IMG/VR virus record: IMGVR_UViG_2873258297_000006
Span: 14,029-78,028 of that record
Source: a virus
Lineage: Duplodnaviria > Caudoviricetes
Direction: 5' to 3' (one strand)
Length of the DNA: 64,000 nt
Shown here piece by piece: positions 37,775 to 48,088 of the stretch. Positions within the stretch are counted from its first letter, which is position 1, and every line of letters starts with the position of its first letter. The translations under genes and the position numbers were made by a program. A model generated the notes under the pieces. It did not search any database, was not told the DNA's origin, and saw nothing but the letters and a program-made list of their open reading frames with translations.

Positions 37775-38335
37775 ATGGCGGTCACCACCACAAACCTGAT
37801 CATGGGACCGGCCGACCTGTACATCGGGGCGTTCGGTGCCACGGAGCCCCTCGACACCGCGGTCAACACGACCCCCGCCGCGTCCTCCTGGACCGATCTG
37901 GGTGGCACGCAGGACGGCGTCAAGCTCACCGTCGACCAGACGTACACGCCGCTGGAGGTCGACCAGATCGTCGACGAGCCCGGCGCCCGCCTCACCAAGC
38001 GCATGTTCACCATCGAAACGAACCTCGCCGAGGCCACCCTCGAGAACCTCAAGTACCTGCTCAACGACGGCACCGCCGCCTCGGGGGCCGGCTTCAAGAG
38101 CTTCGAGCCGATCTACGCCTCGTCCGCGACACAGCCCACCTACCGGGCCGTCATCCTCGACGGCTACGCCCCCAACCAGCTACGACGCCGCTTCATCATC
38201 CGCCGCTGCCTGTCCAACGACAAGGTCGAATCGACCTACAAGAAGGACGGCCAGACCCTGTTCACCGTCAAGTGGCAGGGCTTCTACGTCAGCTCCGTCA
38301 TCGCCCCGTTCAAACTCGTCGACGCCACCAGCTAG
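37775..38335 (+). CDS. Major tail tube protein
   Basis: WTDLGGTQDGVKL; position in the tail operon. Confidence 0.85.
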   Translation: MAVTTTNLIMGPADLYIGAFGATEPLDTAVNTTPAASSWTDLGGTQDGVKLTVDQTYTPLEVDQIVDEPGARLTKRMFTIETNLAEATLENLKYLLNDGTAASGAGFKSFEPIYASSATQPTYRAVILDGYAPNQLRRRFIIRRCLSNDKVESTYKKDGQTLFTVKWQGFYVSSVIAPFKLVDATS

Positions 38336-38343
38336 GAACCCGC

Positions 38344-38751
38344 ATGCCCAAAGCACCCACAACACGTCCCGCCCACCCGCACGAGGACGAGGAGATCTTC
38401 GAGATCACCACATCCGAACCGGCGGAGCAGGCCGAAGAACGCCGCACCCTCTTCACGATCGACGGGGAAAAGATCACCGTCCCCAAGGTCATCGACGAGC
38501 GGCTCGTGTTCCTCGCCATGAACTACATGCGTACCGAGGGTGCCTGGTTCGGAACCATGTACCTCACCGAACTCATCCTCGGCACGCCCCAGTTCAAGAA
38601 GATCGTCAGCCTGCTGGAGCAGCGCCGCATCAACCAGGACCAGTTCGACAGGATCAGCAGCCGGGTGAACGACCTGTTCTTCCAGCGAACCAAAGTCGAC
38701 GACGTACAGGGGGAGCAGGGAAAAGCTTCACCCGATTCACCCGGCAACTAG
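38344..38751 (+). CDS. Tail assembly chaperone (gpG-like)
   Basis: Between tube and tape measure; GGGAAAA slippery site near the 3' end. Confidence 0.8.
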   Translation: MPKAPTTRPAHPHEDEEIFEITTSEPAEQAEERRTLFTIDGEKITVPKVIDERLVFLAMNYMRTEGAWFGTMYLTELILGTPQFKKIVSLLEQRRINQDQFDRISSRVNDLFFQRTKVDDVQGEQGKASPDSPGN

Positions 38752-39023
38752 CAGACCACGCTTGGATCGTCGACTACTACGACGACCTGGACGCGGACTT
38801 CCTCGCCATCTACGGCATCGACCTCGACCGCACCGTGGTCGGAGCCAAGCGATTCCTTGCCCGAGCGACCCGACTCCCCGCCTACCAGAGCGTCCTCGCC
38901 GCACGCCTGGCCGCCGAACAACAAGAAGACCAACCCGCACCCCCGCACGACGGGCAAACAGACGTGCCCGTCGACGCAATGAACCTGATGATGCCCGGCC
39001 TGATCGAACGCGCGGAGGTGTAA
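38718..39023 (+). CDS. Tail assembly chaperone -1 frameshift extension (gpGT-like)
   Basis: G GGA AAA at 38718-38724; the -1 frame stays open to 39023 (WIVDYYDDLDADFLAIYGIDL). Confidence 0.75.
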   Translation, partial: GKSFTRFTRQLADHAWIVDYYDDLDADFLAIYGIDLDRTVVGAKRFLARATRLPAYQSVLAARLAAEQQEDQPAPPHDGQTDVPVDAMNLMMPGLIERAEV

Positions 39024-39027
39024 CCCG

Positions 39028-42000
39028 ATGTCCTTCCTCGTCGCGTCCGGTCACGTCCAAGTCGACGCCAGAACCCGCGACGCCAAAGACGAGATCCAAG
39101 ACCTCATCCGAACCATGGGCGGCCTCAGCCCCGCCGCGCAGGCCGCCGCAAACTCGCTGAAAGACCTGGGCAAGCGGGCGTCACTCGCCGGCCAGTCCCT
39201 GGGGAGGCTGGGAGAGCGAGCCGAGGACGCCGAACGGGCCCTGGCCGGATTGCGCGCGGTCGCGGGCGATATCCGCGTCAAGGCCGAACTCGACGACGAC
39301 ACCAGCGCCGGGGTGGCTACCGTCAAGGCTGCCATCGCCGACCTGAAGGCGCAGAGCCCGGTCCGCCTCGAGGTCAATTTCGACGGGGACGCCACGCAGA
39401 TCACTGCTACAGCGCAGGCCATGCGGGATCTGCGTAACGATGCCCGTGACGCAGGCCAGTCCCTGACTACCCTCGCCATCCGCTCGGCCGCCGCCGCCCT
39501 GGCACTCCAGGAATTGGAGAACGCGGCGCAGGGCGCGTCGCGTGCGCTGCGTACCCTGCGGGGGCGGGCAGCGGCCACCGCGGCCGCCATGAGCGATCTC
39601 CGGGACACGACGGCGCGCGCCTCGACTGCTCTGCGGACCATCGCCAACCGGGCCGAGAGCACCGACGGCCGGCTCAACACACTCGCCGCCCGCAGTCGGG
39701 CACTGCGCGGCGATATGGACGAACTCGACGGGGTGCTGCGTCGTGTCGGCGGCAGTATGGGCGCCTTGCGTCCCCGCCTCGGCGGCCTCGGATCCTCCAG
39801 CGGGGACGCATCCGGCGGTATGCGGAAGCTGATGCTCGCCGCGAGCGGCCTGTCCACCGCACTCATCCCGGTCGCCGCGGCGACCGTCCCCATCGCAGCC
39901 GGCACCGTTGCAGCCGCAGCCGGGGTCGCCACGTTCGGGCTGGCGATCGGCCAGCAAGTCGCGGAGATGACGAAGGCCAGCGGTGCAGCCAAGAAATACC
40001 AGGACGCGGTCCGCGAGCACGGCCGCGGCTCGGAAGAAGCAGCCAAGGCGGCCCGTCAGACACAGCTGGCGCTAGCGGAGATGCCCGCTCCCACACAGCA
40101 GGCCGCAGCAGCCCTGAGCGTCCTCAAAGACGAATACGAGGACTGGTCCGACGCCCTGTCTGCGGACACCATGCCGGTCGTCACCAAGTCACTCGGCCTG
40201 TTCCAGGCGATGCTGCCGCGGCTGACACCCGTTGTCCGGAGCACCTCGGCGCAGCTTGAGAACATGCTGAACGTCCTCGCCGGCGGTATGCAGACTGCGG
40301 GCTTCGAGCGGTTCATGGACAAGCTGGCGGGGTGGTCAGGGGGGGCGCTCGCGCGGGCCACGTTGGGCATGGTGAAGTTCTCGCAGGCGTTGGACACGGG
40401 TGCGATCGGCTCGGACCTGGACCGGTTCATGGACTACGTCCGCGAGAACGGGCCGCTGGTCGCGGACGCGCTGGGCAATCTAGCGAAGGCCGCGGTACAC
40501 CTGGTGGTTGCTGCGTCCGACATGGGTGTCAGTGTCCTCGGTGTCGTGAGTGCGTTCGCCAAGCTCGTCACCGCGATTCCGACGAGCACCCTGTCGACGA
40601 TGTTGCAGCTCTATGCCGCTCTCAAGCTGGTCAGCGTTGGTGTGGGCATGGTGTCGGCCGCTGCGTCGTCTGGTGCGGTGGCGCGTCTGGGCGCCTACTT
40701 CGCGGTGATGCGCGCCGCTGGCGTGGGCCCGACGCTGCGGGCGACCGCGGCGAGCATGACGGCTGTGCAGAAGGCCAGCATCGGGCTGGGTGTGCTGGCG
40801 ATAGCCGCGATCGGCATCGACAAGTTGGCGGACAAGGCGCGGGGTGCGCCACCGGATGTGGACCGGCTTGCGACGAGTTTGAAGAACCTGTCGCAGACGG
40901 GGAAGTTCACAGGCGAGTTGCAGAAGACGTTCGGTGACCTCGACGGCTTGGTCGAGAAGGTCAAGAAGCTGCACACCGAGGCAGACAAGGCGAACAACAC
41001 GGCGCTCGGGTTCCGTATCCCTGGCCTCGACGACACAGCCGACTGGATCGCCAGCAAGATCAACGACGTGTCGAAGGGCGGCGAGAGCCTCAACGCCCTG
41101 AAGGACGACTTCAAGAGCCTCGACGAGGCAATGTCCGGCATGGTGTCGTCCGGCTACGGCAAGCAGGCCGCGCAGGACTTCAACATGATGCGCGACGCCC
41201 TGAAGGCCGAGGGCCTCTCCATGAAGGAGATCAATGATCTCTTCCCGGAGTACCGTGCCTCGGTGGCCGCGCTCAAGGCGGAGCAGAAGCTTGCCGCGCA
41301 GGGCATGGGAATCTTCGGGCAGCAGGCCATGGAGACGAAGACGAAACTGGACGCCCAGAAGGCCTCGGCTGATGGCTTGCGGGCGAGCCTCCTGGCCCTG
41401 AACGACGTGAACCGGTCTGCGCATGACGCGCGGATCCAGTTCGAGGCGGGCATCGATGCCCTCACCGCATCGTTCAAGGAACATGGCGCGACCTTGAATG
41501 AGGACACCGCGGCCGGCCAGGCGAACGGTCTGGCTATGTCGCAGGCGGCTAAGGGTCACGACGAGATGCTCGCGACGAGCCTTGCCGCGGGCGAATCGCT
41601 GGAGTCGATGACCGGCAAGTCGGACAAGCTGCGCTCGACCATGATGCGTCTGGCGACGGAGGCTTTCGGCGGGAACAAGAAGGCGGCGGAGGAGTACGTC
41701 AACAAGCTCCTTGGTATCCCGTCCGAGGTCAAGACGATGATCAAGGCGGAGCGGGCGGAGGCTATCGCTGGCCTTGAGGCGGTGCGAGCGGCGATCCAGA
41801 AGACGCCGGGGGCGAAGACAGTCAAGGTCGACACCCTGAACGCTGCCGCCATCAAGGCGCTGGAAGCGGTCGGGTACAAGACCAGGACCCTGCCGGACGG
41901 CCGCACCGAGGTGTTCACGAAGAACGGCCAGGCCATCGGCAGCATCGGCGAGGTGAACAGGGCCCTGTCCAACCTGAACGGGAAGACGGCGAACACCTAC

Positions 42001-43422
42001 GTCAACAGCTACTTCACGTCGATCTACCGGGTGAAGGGGACTGCGCCGGGCGACAAGGGGTACGGGGTCGTGGCTCCCGGACGCGCTTCAGGTGGTCCGA
42101 TCGGGTTTGCTGCTGGCGGCACCCCGGGCGGCCGGATTGCTGGGCCTGGAACCAGCACGTCGGACAGCATTCCGGCGATGCTGTCGAATGGCGAGTGGGT
42201 GATCCGCGCGGCGGCCGTGGCGAAGTACGGCGACGCGTTCATGGCGGCAGTGAACGACGGCCGCTTCCGCCCGCCCGGCTTCGCGAAGGGCGGCAAGCTC
42301 ACCGAGAAGCAGAAGGCCGCGATCAAAGCGGAGAGCGACGCCAAGAAGGGATTGGCCTCCGACTTCGGCATCAGCCACTTCGGCACGATGGCGGGCTACC
42401 AGCGGGACCCGTTCGAGAAAGCGCTGGGCGTGCCAGCCAGCGTCAGCGACCTTGTCTCCAACTTGAACAAGGTGAGCGGGCAGATCAAGGCGGCATCGCA
42501 CGGCAAGACCGAGTCGACGCTGCTGAAGAAACTGGACTCCTCGGGTAAGGCGCTGATCGCGAACCAGAAGAAGCTTGAGGGCGTCAACAAGGCGCTCGAA
42601 GGGGCGAAGTCGAAGCTCGAGGATTTGAAGGGCAAGTTCGACTCGCTCAAGACCAGCGTCGCCTCCTCGCTGGTGTCCTTCGGCAACATCACGAAGATCG
42701 GCAAGTACGGGACGTCACCGGACACGCTGATAAAGCAGCTCACCTCGGACGCCGGACGCACCACCGAGTTCGCCAAGCAGCTTGAGCAGCTGAAAGCAAA
42801 GGGCCTCAACGCCCAGTCCATCAGCGAGATAGCACAGGCAGGGATCACGGGCGGCGGCATGGCCACAGCCCAGTCCCTCCTCAACGCCACCCCGGAGCAG
42901 ATCGCGCAGATCAACGCCCTGGAGAAGCAGCTCCAGACGTCGGCCAACAAGGCGGGCACAGTCACCGCGGATGCCATGTACGGGGCTGGCATCAGGGCCG
43001 GCGAGGGCTTGGTGAAGGGGCTCACCGCCCAGCAGGACAAGATCGAAGCCACGATGATGGCCATCGCGAAGAGCATGGAAGCCGCCATCAAGAAAAGCCT
43101 TGGGATCCAGAGCCCGTCGAAGGTGATGGAACCGATCGGCGACTTCGCCTTCCAAGGAGTCGAGCAGGGCTGGGTCAAGCGGCTCGCCAAGGGAAACACC
43201 CTGCTGTCCGGGAACGCCGCAGCCCTGCGCATGCGCCCCGCCCTCATGGCGGGTTCCGGCGCGGCCACGACTACGGCAGGGCCGGGCGTCGTCGTCCACC
43301 TCAACCCCGTGTTCAACACGATGACCCTGCCGGCTCCGGCCGAACGCAAGGCGTTCGCCGTGGCGATGGCCAGGGATATCAACGACGCGTTGCTCGACTA
43401 CCAGAAGCAGCGGAGGCGCTGA
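39028..43422 (+). CDS. Tape measure protein
   Basis: 1464 aa, Ala-rich helical; GPGTSTSDSIPAMLSNGEWV motif; SPSKVM near the C-terminus. Confidence 0.92.
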   Translation: MSFLVASGHVQVDARTRDAKDEIQDLIRTMGGLSPAAQAAANSLKDLGKRASLAGQSLGRLGERAEDAERALAGLRAVAGDIRVKAELDDDTSAGVATVKAAIADLKAQSPVRLEVNFDGDATQITATAQAMRDLRNDARDAGQSLTTLAIRSAAAALALQELENAAQGASRALRTLRGRAAATAAAMSDLRDTTARASTALRTIANRAESTDGRLNTLAARSRALRGDMDELDGVLRRVGGSMGALRPRLGGLGSSSGDASGGMRKLMLAASGLSTALIPVAAATVPIAAGTVAAAAGVATFGLAIGQQVAEMTKASGAAKKYQDAVREHGRGSEEAAKAARQTQLALAEMPAPTQQAAAALSVLKDEYEDWSDALSADTMPVVTKSLGLFQAMLPRLTPVVRSTSAQLENMLNVLAGGMQTAGFERFMDKLAGWSGGALARATLGMVKFSQALDTGAIGSDLDRFMDYVRENGPLVADALGNLAKAAVHLVVAASDMGVSVLGVVSAFAKLVTAIPTSTLSTMLQLYAALKLVSVGVGMVSAAASSGAVARLGAYFAVMRAAGVGPTLRATAASMTAVQKASIGLGVLAIAAIGIDKLADKARGAPPDVDRLATSLKNLSQTGKFTGELQKTFGDLDGLVEKVKKLHTEADKANNTALGFRIPGLDDTADWIASKINDVSKGGESLNALKDDFKSLDEAMSGMVSSGYGKQAAQDFNMMRDALKAEGLSMKEINDLFPEYRASVAALKAEQKLAAQGMGIFGQQAMETKTKLDAQKASADGLRASLLALNDVNRSAHDARIQFEAGIDALTASFKEHGATLNEDTAAGQANGLAMSQAAKGHDEMLATSLAAGESLESMTGKSDKLRSTMMRLATEAFGGNKKAAEEYVNKLLGIPSEVKTMIKAERAEAIAGLEAVRAAIQKTPGAKTVKVDTLNAAAIKALEAVGYKTRTLPDGRTEVFTKNGQAIGSIGEVNRALSNLNGKTANTYVNSYFTSIYRVKGTAPGDKGYGVVAPGRASGGPIGFAAGGTPGGRIAGPGTSTSDSIPAMLSNGEWVIRAAAVAKYGDAFMAAVNDGRFRPPGFAKGGKLTEKQKAAIKAESDAKKGLASDFGISHFGTMAGYQRDPFEKALGVPASVSDLVSNLNKVSGQIKAASHGKTESTLLKKLDSSGKALIANQKKLEGVNKALEGAKSKLEDLKGKFDSLKTSVASSLVSFGNITKIGKYGTSPDTLIKQLTSDAGRTTEFAKQLEQLKAKGLNAQSISEIAQAGITGGGMATAQSLLNATPEQIAQINALEKQLQTSANKAGTVTADAMYGAGIRAGEGLVKGLTAQQDKIEATMMAIAKSMEAAIKKSLGIQSPSKVMEPIGDFAFQGVEQGWVKRLAKGNTLLSGNAAALRMRPALMAGSGAATTTAGPGVVVHLNPVFNTMTLPAPAERKAFAVAMARDINDALLDYQKQRRR

Positions 43423-44627
43423 TGCCGCAAGGCGACTGGGGAGATCTCAAGGTCGGCAGGCTGCTGCTGCGCGAGACCTTCAAGGAAGGCGAGTCGGCCG
43501 GTACATCGCGCACCCTCGACCTCGAGGGGCAGGAGTCGTCGCCGCCGCTCACCCGCACCGAGCTGGTGTGGCGGCACGACAACATCACCGCCCTCGAGTC
43601 CGGCTGCGTCCTGCCGTTGACCTTCACGGACAAGCCGGAACGCAACTGCTACGTCAACGTCGACTCCGTCAGCGCGGACTACACCGAGTACCGCACCGAA
43701 GTCGTCACCAGCGACTGGAAGCTCAGCCTCACCCGCCTCGGCTCGGACGCCGAGGTCGACCTGCAGAGCAGGCTCACCGGCGCCATCCGCGTCAACGACT
43801 TCTCCCTGACGGGGGAGCGCTGGCATGCCCCGCCGATCGGCCACTACGGCTACCAGACCGGCACCAGCAACCCGACGATGATGACCCGCACCGGCGCCGA
43901 CGGCGCCATGACCGTCTACCGCAGCATCCCCACCGGGGCGTCACCGCGCTGGGGCTGCGCACCAAGCAGCTACCTCAACGGCCGCGTGCGGCTTACCTCG
44001 AACGGAACGGAGCTGTGCGGCGTCGACCAGTCCCTATCGCCGACCGGATGGGCCCTGACGAACGGCCTGGTCAATGTCGCCATCGCGGCGTCTGCCTCGT
44101 TCGACGTGCAGGCCTACACGGGCGGGGCGTGGCACAGCAAGCTGTGGAACGTGTCCGTGGCAGGGTCCGCGTCGTCGATCACGTCGTGGGACGGGGCCAC
44201 ACTGCTGCGCAACGACCCCGAGCACGTCATCCTCCGGCTGTCCAAGGGCCTCAACCCCGGCCGGGCCACACTGGATCTGACGCTGCGCCGCGGCTCCCGC
44301 ACGGTCGAGGGCTACCTGCAAACCACCACATCGAACACCCTCGCCGCCTACCGGTCCACGCTCGAGACGAACACGTCATTCGCCGCATCCGGCTACGTCG
44401 TCGCCACCAGCAATGACGCGGACGGCAACAAGTTCGCCTGCGGCTCCGCGCGTACCTTCGCCGCGCACACCAACGGCGGCGTGCAGAAAGCGGCGTCAAC
44501 CACCCTCGACTTCTGGATCGGCGTTGCCGCAGGCGGCAGCAGCGCCGTATCGGGCGACGCGGCAACCGACCTGCGGAACATGTACATCGCCTGTCTACCG
44601 GAGACGATCTATGCGGTGAGGCGGTGA
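43422..44627 (+). CDS. Distal tail/minor tail protein
   Basis: Directly after the tape measure gene, TGATG-coupled. Confidence 0.75.
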   Translation: MPQGDWGDLKVGRLLLRETFKEGESAGTSRTLDLEGQESSPPLTRTELVWRHDNITALESGCVLPLTFTDKPERNCYVNVDSVSADYTEYRTEVVTSDWKLSLTRLGSDAEVDLQSRLTGAIRVNDFSLTGERWHAPPIGHYGYQTGTSNPTMMTRTGADGAMTVYRSIPTGASPRWGCAPSSYLNGRVRLTSNGTELCGVDQSLSPTGWALTNGLVNVAIAASASFDVQAYTGGAWHSKLWNVSVAGSASSITSWDGATLLRNDPEHVILRLSKGLNPGRATLDLTLRRGSRTVEGYLQTTTSNTLAAYRSTLETNTSFAASGYVVATSNDADGNKFACGSARTFAAHTNGGVQKAASTTLDFWIGVAAGGSSAVSGDAATDLRNMYIACLPETIYAVRR

Positions 44628-44630
44628 CCG

Positions 44631-47498
44631 GTGGCTGTCAATGACGTACTCGGCGCACTCGGCTCCTGGGACCTCACCCTCAAGCCGACCACCCCACCCG
44701 ACACGTGGGACGCCATCGGCTACTTCGGGCACGTGGCGTTCATCTCCGGCCGCCTCGACCCAGCCCAATACGGCGACAACCTCCTCACTGCGGCCCGCTA
44801 CGTCGGAGTCGTCCGTGAGCGCAGCAACAGCGGCGACGACCGGCGCACCAAGCAGGTCGAGCAGGGCTACGAGCTCGGCGGCGTCGGCATGGCCATGTGG
44901 CTCGGCGACGACGAAGACAAGGGTGACGTCTACGAGAACGCCGTCCAGCCCGCCTCGGCCAGCTTTGCCACCACGATCAACATGCTGCTGCCCGCGTCCG
45001 GCGCCGTCACCGCAGGCACGATCTACGCGGTGCCCGGCAACTACTCCGGTCGGCACCAGTACGAGACGCCCCGCAAGGCGATCACCTACGTGTGCGAGAC
45101 GTTCACCGCCTCGTCGGGACAGAAGGTCGGCTGGCGCGTCAACGGCAACGGAACGCTGGATGCTGGACCCGAGGCGAACCTTTTCGTAACCGATCCGCGG
45201 TGCGTGATCTCCCGCAAGACCTCAGGCAAGGACACATCCGGGATCGAGTCCGTGCCGGGCGCCTTCGGGGTCAGCCGCGACATGGAGGACTTCAGCACCC
45301 GGGTCGTCCTGCTCGCCGAGGGGGAGGGGGAGTCGATCGCCACCGGCTCGGCGGACATCTCGGGCGGCCTCAACCCGTACAAGGACATCCACGGTGGGAC
45401 GCTCAAGCTGACCCGGCTGGCGAGCGAGTCGGATACCACGGTCACCAACGCCGACACCCGGGCCGCCCTGCTGCTGTCGCAGTACACGGCGTCGCAGGAC
45501 GAACTCGTCGTCGAGACCGACAACTACTACATCGAGGGCAGCTTCGATGTCGGCGACTACGTGTGGGTGTGGGACCCCAACGCCGGACTCGTCGACAACG
45601 CGAACGAGATCACGTTCCGCGGGGAGCGCCTCAACCCGATCAAACTCCAGGTGACGGAGGCCAAATGGCCTGTCACGGAGGGGTACACCGTCGCCTATCG
45701 GGACGCGAACGGCGTCTGGTACGACCTGACGGACCACGTCGAATGGGACGGCTCCCACACCGTCTACGTCACCGTCGGCGGCTTCGCCCGCGCCCTCGAA
45801 GGATCCGGCACCCAACCCGTCGGATCACGGCCCAGCCAGGACACCAGCATCCCCGGCACACCCGTCCTCGTCACCCCCTTCGCGGGGTCCGCCTACCTGG
45901 ACGGCCGGGGATACACGAGGGCCCGCGTCATCGTGCAGTGGACGGCGCCCCTCAACGTCGACGGCTCGACCGTCCTCGACGGCGACCACTACGAGATCCG
46001 ATACGCCGTCGACACCGACATGATCTACCCGGCCACCTGGTCCCAGGTGTCCCAAGTGCGATGGATGGACCTGCAGATCTGGGCGCAGCCGTTCGCGGCA
46101 CCCGACCAGAAGTGGCAGGTGCAGTACGTTGCCTGGGGCGAATCCACCGCCCAACTCAACGACCTGAGCCCCGGCGTCGGCTACGACGTACAGATCCGCG
46201 CCGTCGACAAGGCCGGGAATACGGGAGCCTGGTCGGGCATCACGACGTTCGTTGCGTCCGAGGACAACATCCCACCGTCCACTCCGGCCGCCCCGTCGGT
46301 GGCTGGGTCGCGGATCGCCCTGCAGATCACGCACACGCTCGGTGTGTCGAGCGGCGGCACCTACAACCTCGAGTCGGACCTCCAGCACCTCGAGATCCAC
46401 GTTGACTACGAGCCGACCTTCACCCCCAGCAACGACACCCTGAAGGCGAAGGTCAATGCCACGGCGGGAATGATCCAGGCGCAGATTCCCGCTGTGGCCA
46501 CCGTGCAGGTCGAGGAGACGTCGGCCCGCTACGTGCGCGTTGTCGCGGTCGATAAGACCGGCAACAAGAGCGGTCCGTCCGATGCGGCGTCTGCGACCGC
46601 GCTGCTCATCGATGACGCGCACATCTCCGACCTGACCGTCTCCAAAGTCACCGCTGGGGAGATCTCTGCGGACTGGATCGTCGGCGCCCGCATCAAGACC
46701 GCCGACACCGGAGCACGTACAGAAATGAGCGCGTCGGGGTTCGAGGCCTATGACGCCGCAGGAACCCGCACCTTTTTCGCCGACGCTACGACGGGCGATG
46801 TGTCCATCCTCGGCCGCCTACGATCCGGCACGACTGGCCAAAGGCTCGACATCAACCCCAGCTCCATCCTCCCCGAAATCCGTTTCTACCCCAGCAGCGG
46901 CAGCGACTACGGCTTCATCAACGCCCTCAGCAGCGGCACAGACGTCAACCTCGGCGCCAACAGCTCGTCCTACGACGACGACGGCGTCCAGTGCGCATCC
47001 CGCACATACCTCGCCGTCGGATCAGCTCAGTTGGAGACCATCCGCAGCGACACCCAGCAGCGGCGCGGCGGATACGTATGGGCCCAGCCCGACGCCCTGT
47101 TCGCGGGATTCAACCGTGACGGAGTAGAGGGCGGAACCATTCTCGCCAGCGCCAACGTGGGGACCTTCGGCTGGAACGACGGCACGGCGTCGACGGCGAA
47201 CCTCATGCGGTTCCAATCCGGTGTGACGCGCCATATCGGCCGCTGGCGAGACTTCGTCTCCGCCGACTCCAATGAGGGCCTGTTCACCGGGTCGGTGGTG
47301 GCGACGTCGGGTGCAACGAGCTTCTCCGTCGGCTACGGGGCGACAATGCTCACCCAGCCGCTGCCCCTCACGTCGATCCGTGACGACGTCGTGCACTCCT
47401 ACGCGATCACAGGGTCGGATACCTCGGGCTTCACCATCACCATCTCCCCGGCCGCCAACGGCGGATGGTCGCTCTACTTCTGGTGCTTCAGGATCTGA
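44631..47498 (+). CDS. Tail tip/baseplate hub protein with fibronectin-III-like domains
   Basis: 955 aa; LSPGVGYDVQIRAVDKAGN and YVRVVAVDKTGNKS FN3-like segments. Confidence 0.8.
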   Translation: MAVNDVLGALGSWDLTLKPTTPPDTWDAIGYFGHVAFISGRLDPAQYGDNLLTAARYVGVVRERSNSGDDRRTKQVEQGYELGGVGMAMWLGDDEDKGDVYENAVQPASASFATTINMLLPASGAVTAGTIYAVPGNYSGRHQYETPRKAITYVCETFTASSGQKVGWRVNGNGTLDAGPEANLFVTDPRCVISRKTSGKDTSGIESVPGAFGVSRDMEDFSTRVVLLAEGEGESIATGSADISGGLNPYKDIHGGTLKLTRLASESDTTVTNADTRAALLLSQYTASQDELVVETDNYYIEGSFDVGDYVWVWDPNAGLVDNANEITFRGERLNPIKLQVTEAKWPVTEGYTVAYRDANGVWYDLTDHVEWDGSHTVYVTVGGFARALEGSGTQPVGSRPSQDTSIPGTPVLVTPFAGSAYLDGRGYTRARVIVQWTAPLNVDGSTVLDGDHYEIRYAVDTDMIYPATWSQVSQVRWMDLQIWAQPFAAPDQKWQVQYVAWGESTAQLNDLSPGVGYDVQIRAVDKAGNTGAWSGITTFVASEDNIPPSTPAAPSVAGSRIALQITHTLGVSSGGTYNLESDLQHLEIHVDYEPTFTPSNDTLKAKVNATAGMIQAQIPAVATVQVEETSARYVRVVAVDKTGNKSGPSDAASATALLIDDAHISDLTVSKVTAGEISADWIVGARIKTADTGARTEMSASGFEAYDAAGTRTFFADATTGDVSILGRLRSGTTGQRLDINPSSILPEIRFYPSSGSDYGFINALSSGTDVNLGANSSSYDDDGVQCASRTYLAVGSAQLETIRSDTQQRRGGYVWAQPDALFAGFNRDGVEGGTILASANVGTFGWNDGTASTANLMRFQSGVTRHIGRWRDFVSADSNEGLFTGSVVATSGATSFSVGYGATMLTQPLPLTSIRDDVVHSYAITGSDTSGFTITISPAANGGWSLYFWCFRI

Positions 47499-47506
47499 GG
47501 AACAGC

Positions 47507-48088
47507 ATGGACATATATGAAGTGCAAGGCGTCGAAGCGACCGCCACCACACAGGGAACCCCGATCTGGATGGTGGCGATGGGCAAGCCCGACGGCACCA
47601 TCCACGCCTACGCCTTCCCGCCGTCAATCATCGAGTGGCGCATGGCCGAGTACCAGCTCGACACCGTCGATGAAGCCCTCGATATCGTGTTGCACGAACC
47701 GTGGGCGACGAACCCGCTTGACCCGCTGACAAGGCGAGACGATGCCGCCCTTCGCCAGGGCATGGTCGTCCGTGCGCCGGGCCCGGTCGTTGATTACGAG
47801 CCGATCCGCCTACACAACGCCGACACCATCGACGACGCCCGGACAGCGCACCGCATCCGCATCGCCGACGCCAAGACACGCGTGCGCGTCACCCCACCGA
47901 AGGGCAAGCCGGACCCGCTCGACATCATCCGGACCCGGCATGGCGTCACCGATGAAGGGCTGCGCCAGAAGGCGGCGCATGTTGACGCCGCACGCCGCTC
48001 CTATCGCGGCGAGGCAGTCCCGGGCGATCCGAGCCTCGCCATCGAATCGCAAGCCCGTCAGCGCCTGAAGGAGGCCACCAGTGCCTGA
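47507..48088 (+). CDS. Hypothetical tail-region protein
   Basis: RBS GAGGAA. Confidence 0.7.
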   Translation: MDIYEVQGVEATATTQGTPIWMVAMGKPDGTIHAYAFPPSIIEWRMAEYQLDTVDEALDIVLHEPWATNPLDPLTRRDDAALRQGMVVRAPGPVVDYEPIRLHNADTIDDARTAHRIRIADAKTRVRVTPPKGKPDPLDIIRTRHGVTDEGLRQKAAHVDAARRSYRGEAVPGDPSLAIESQARQRLKEATSA

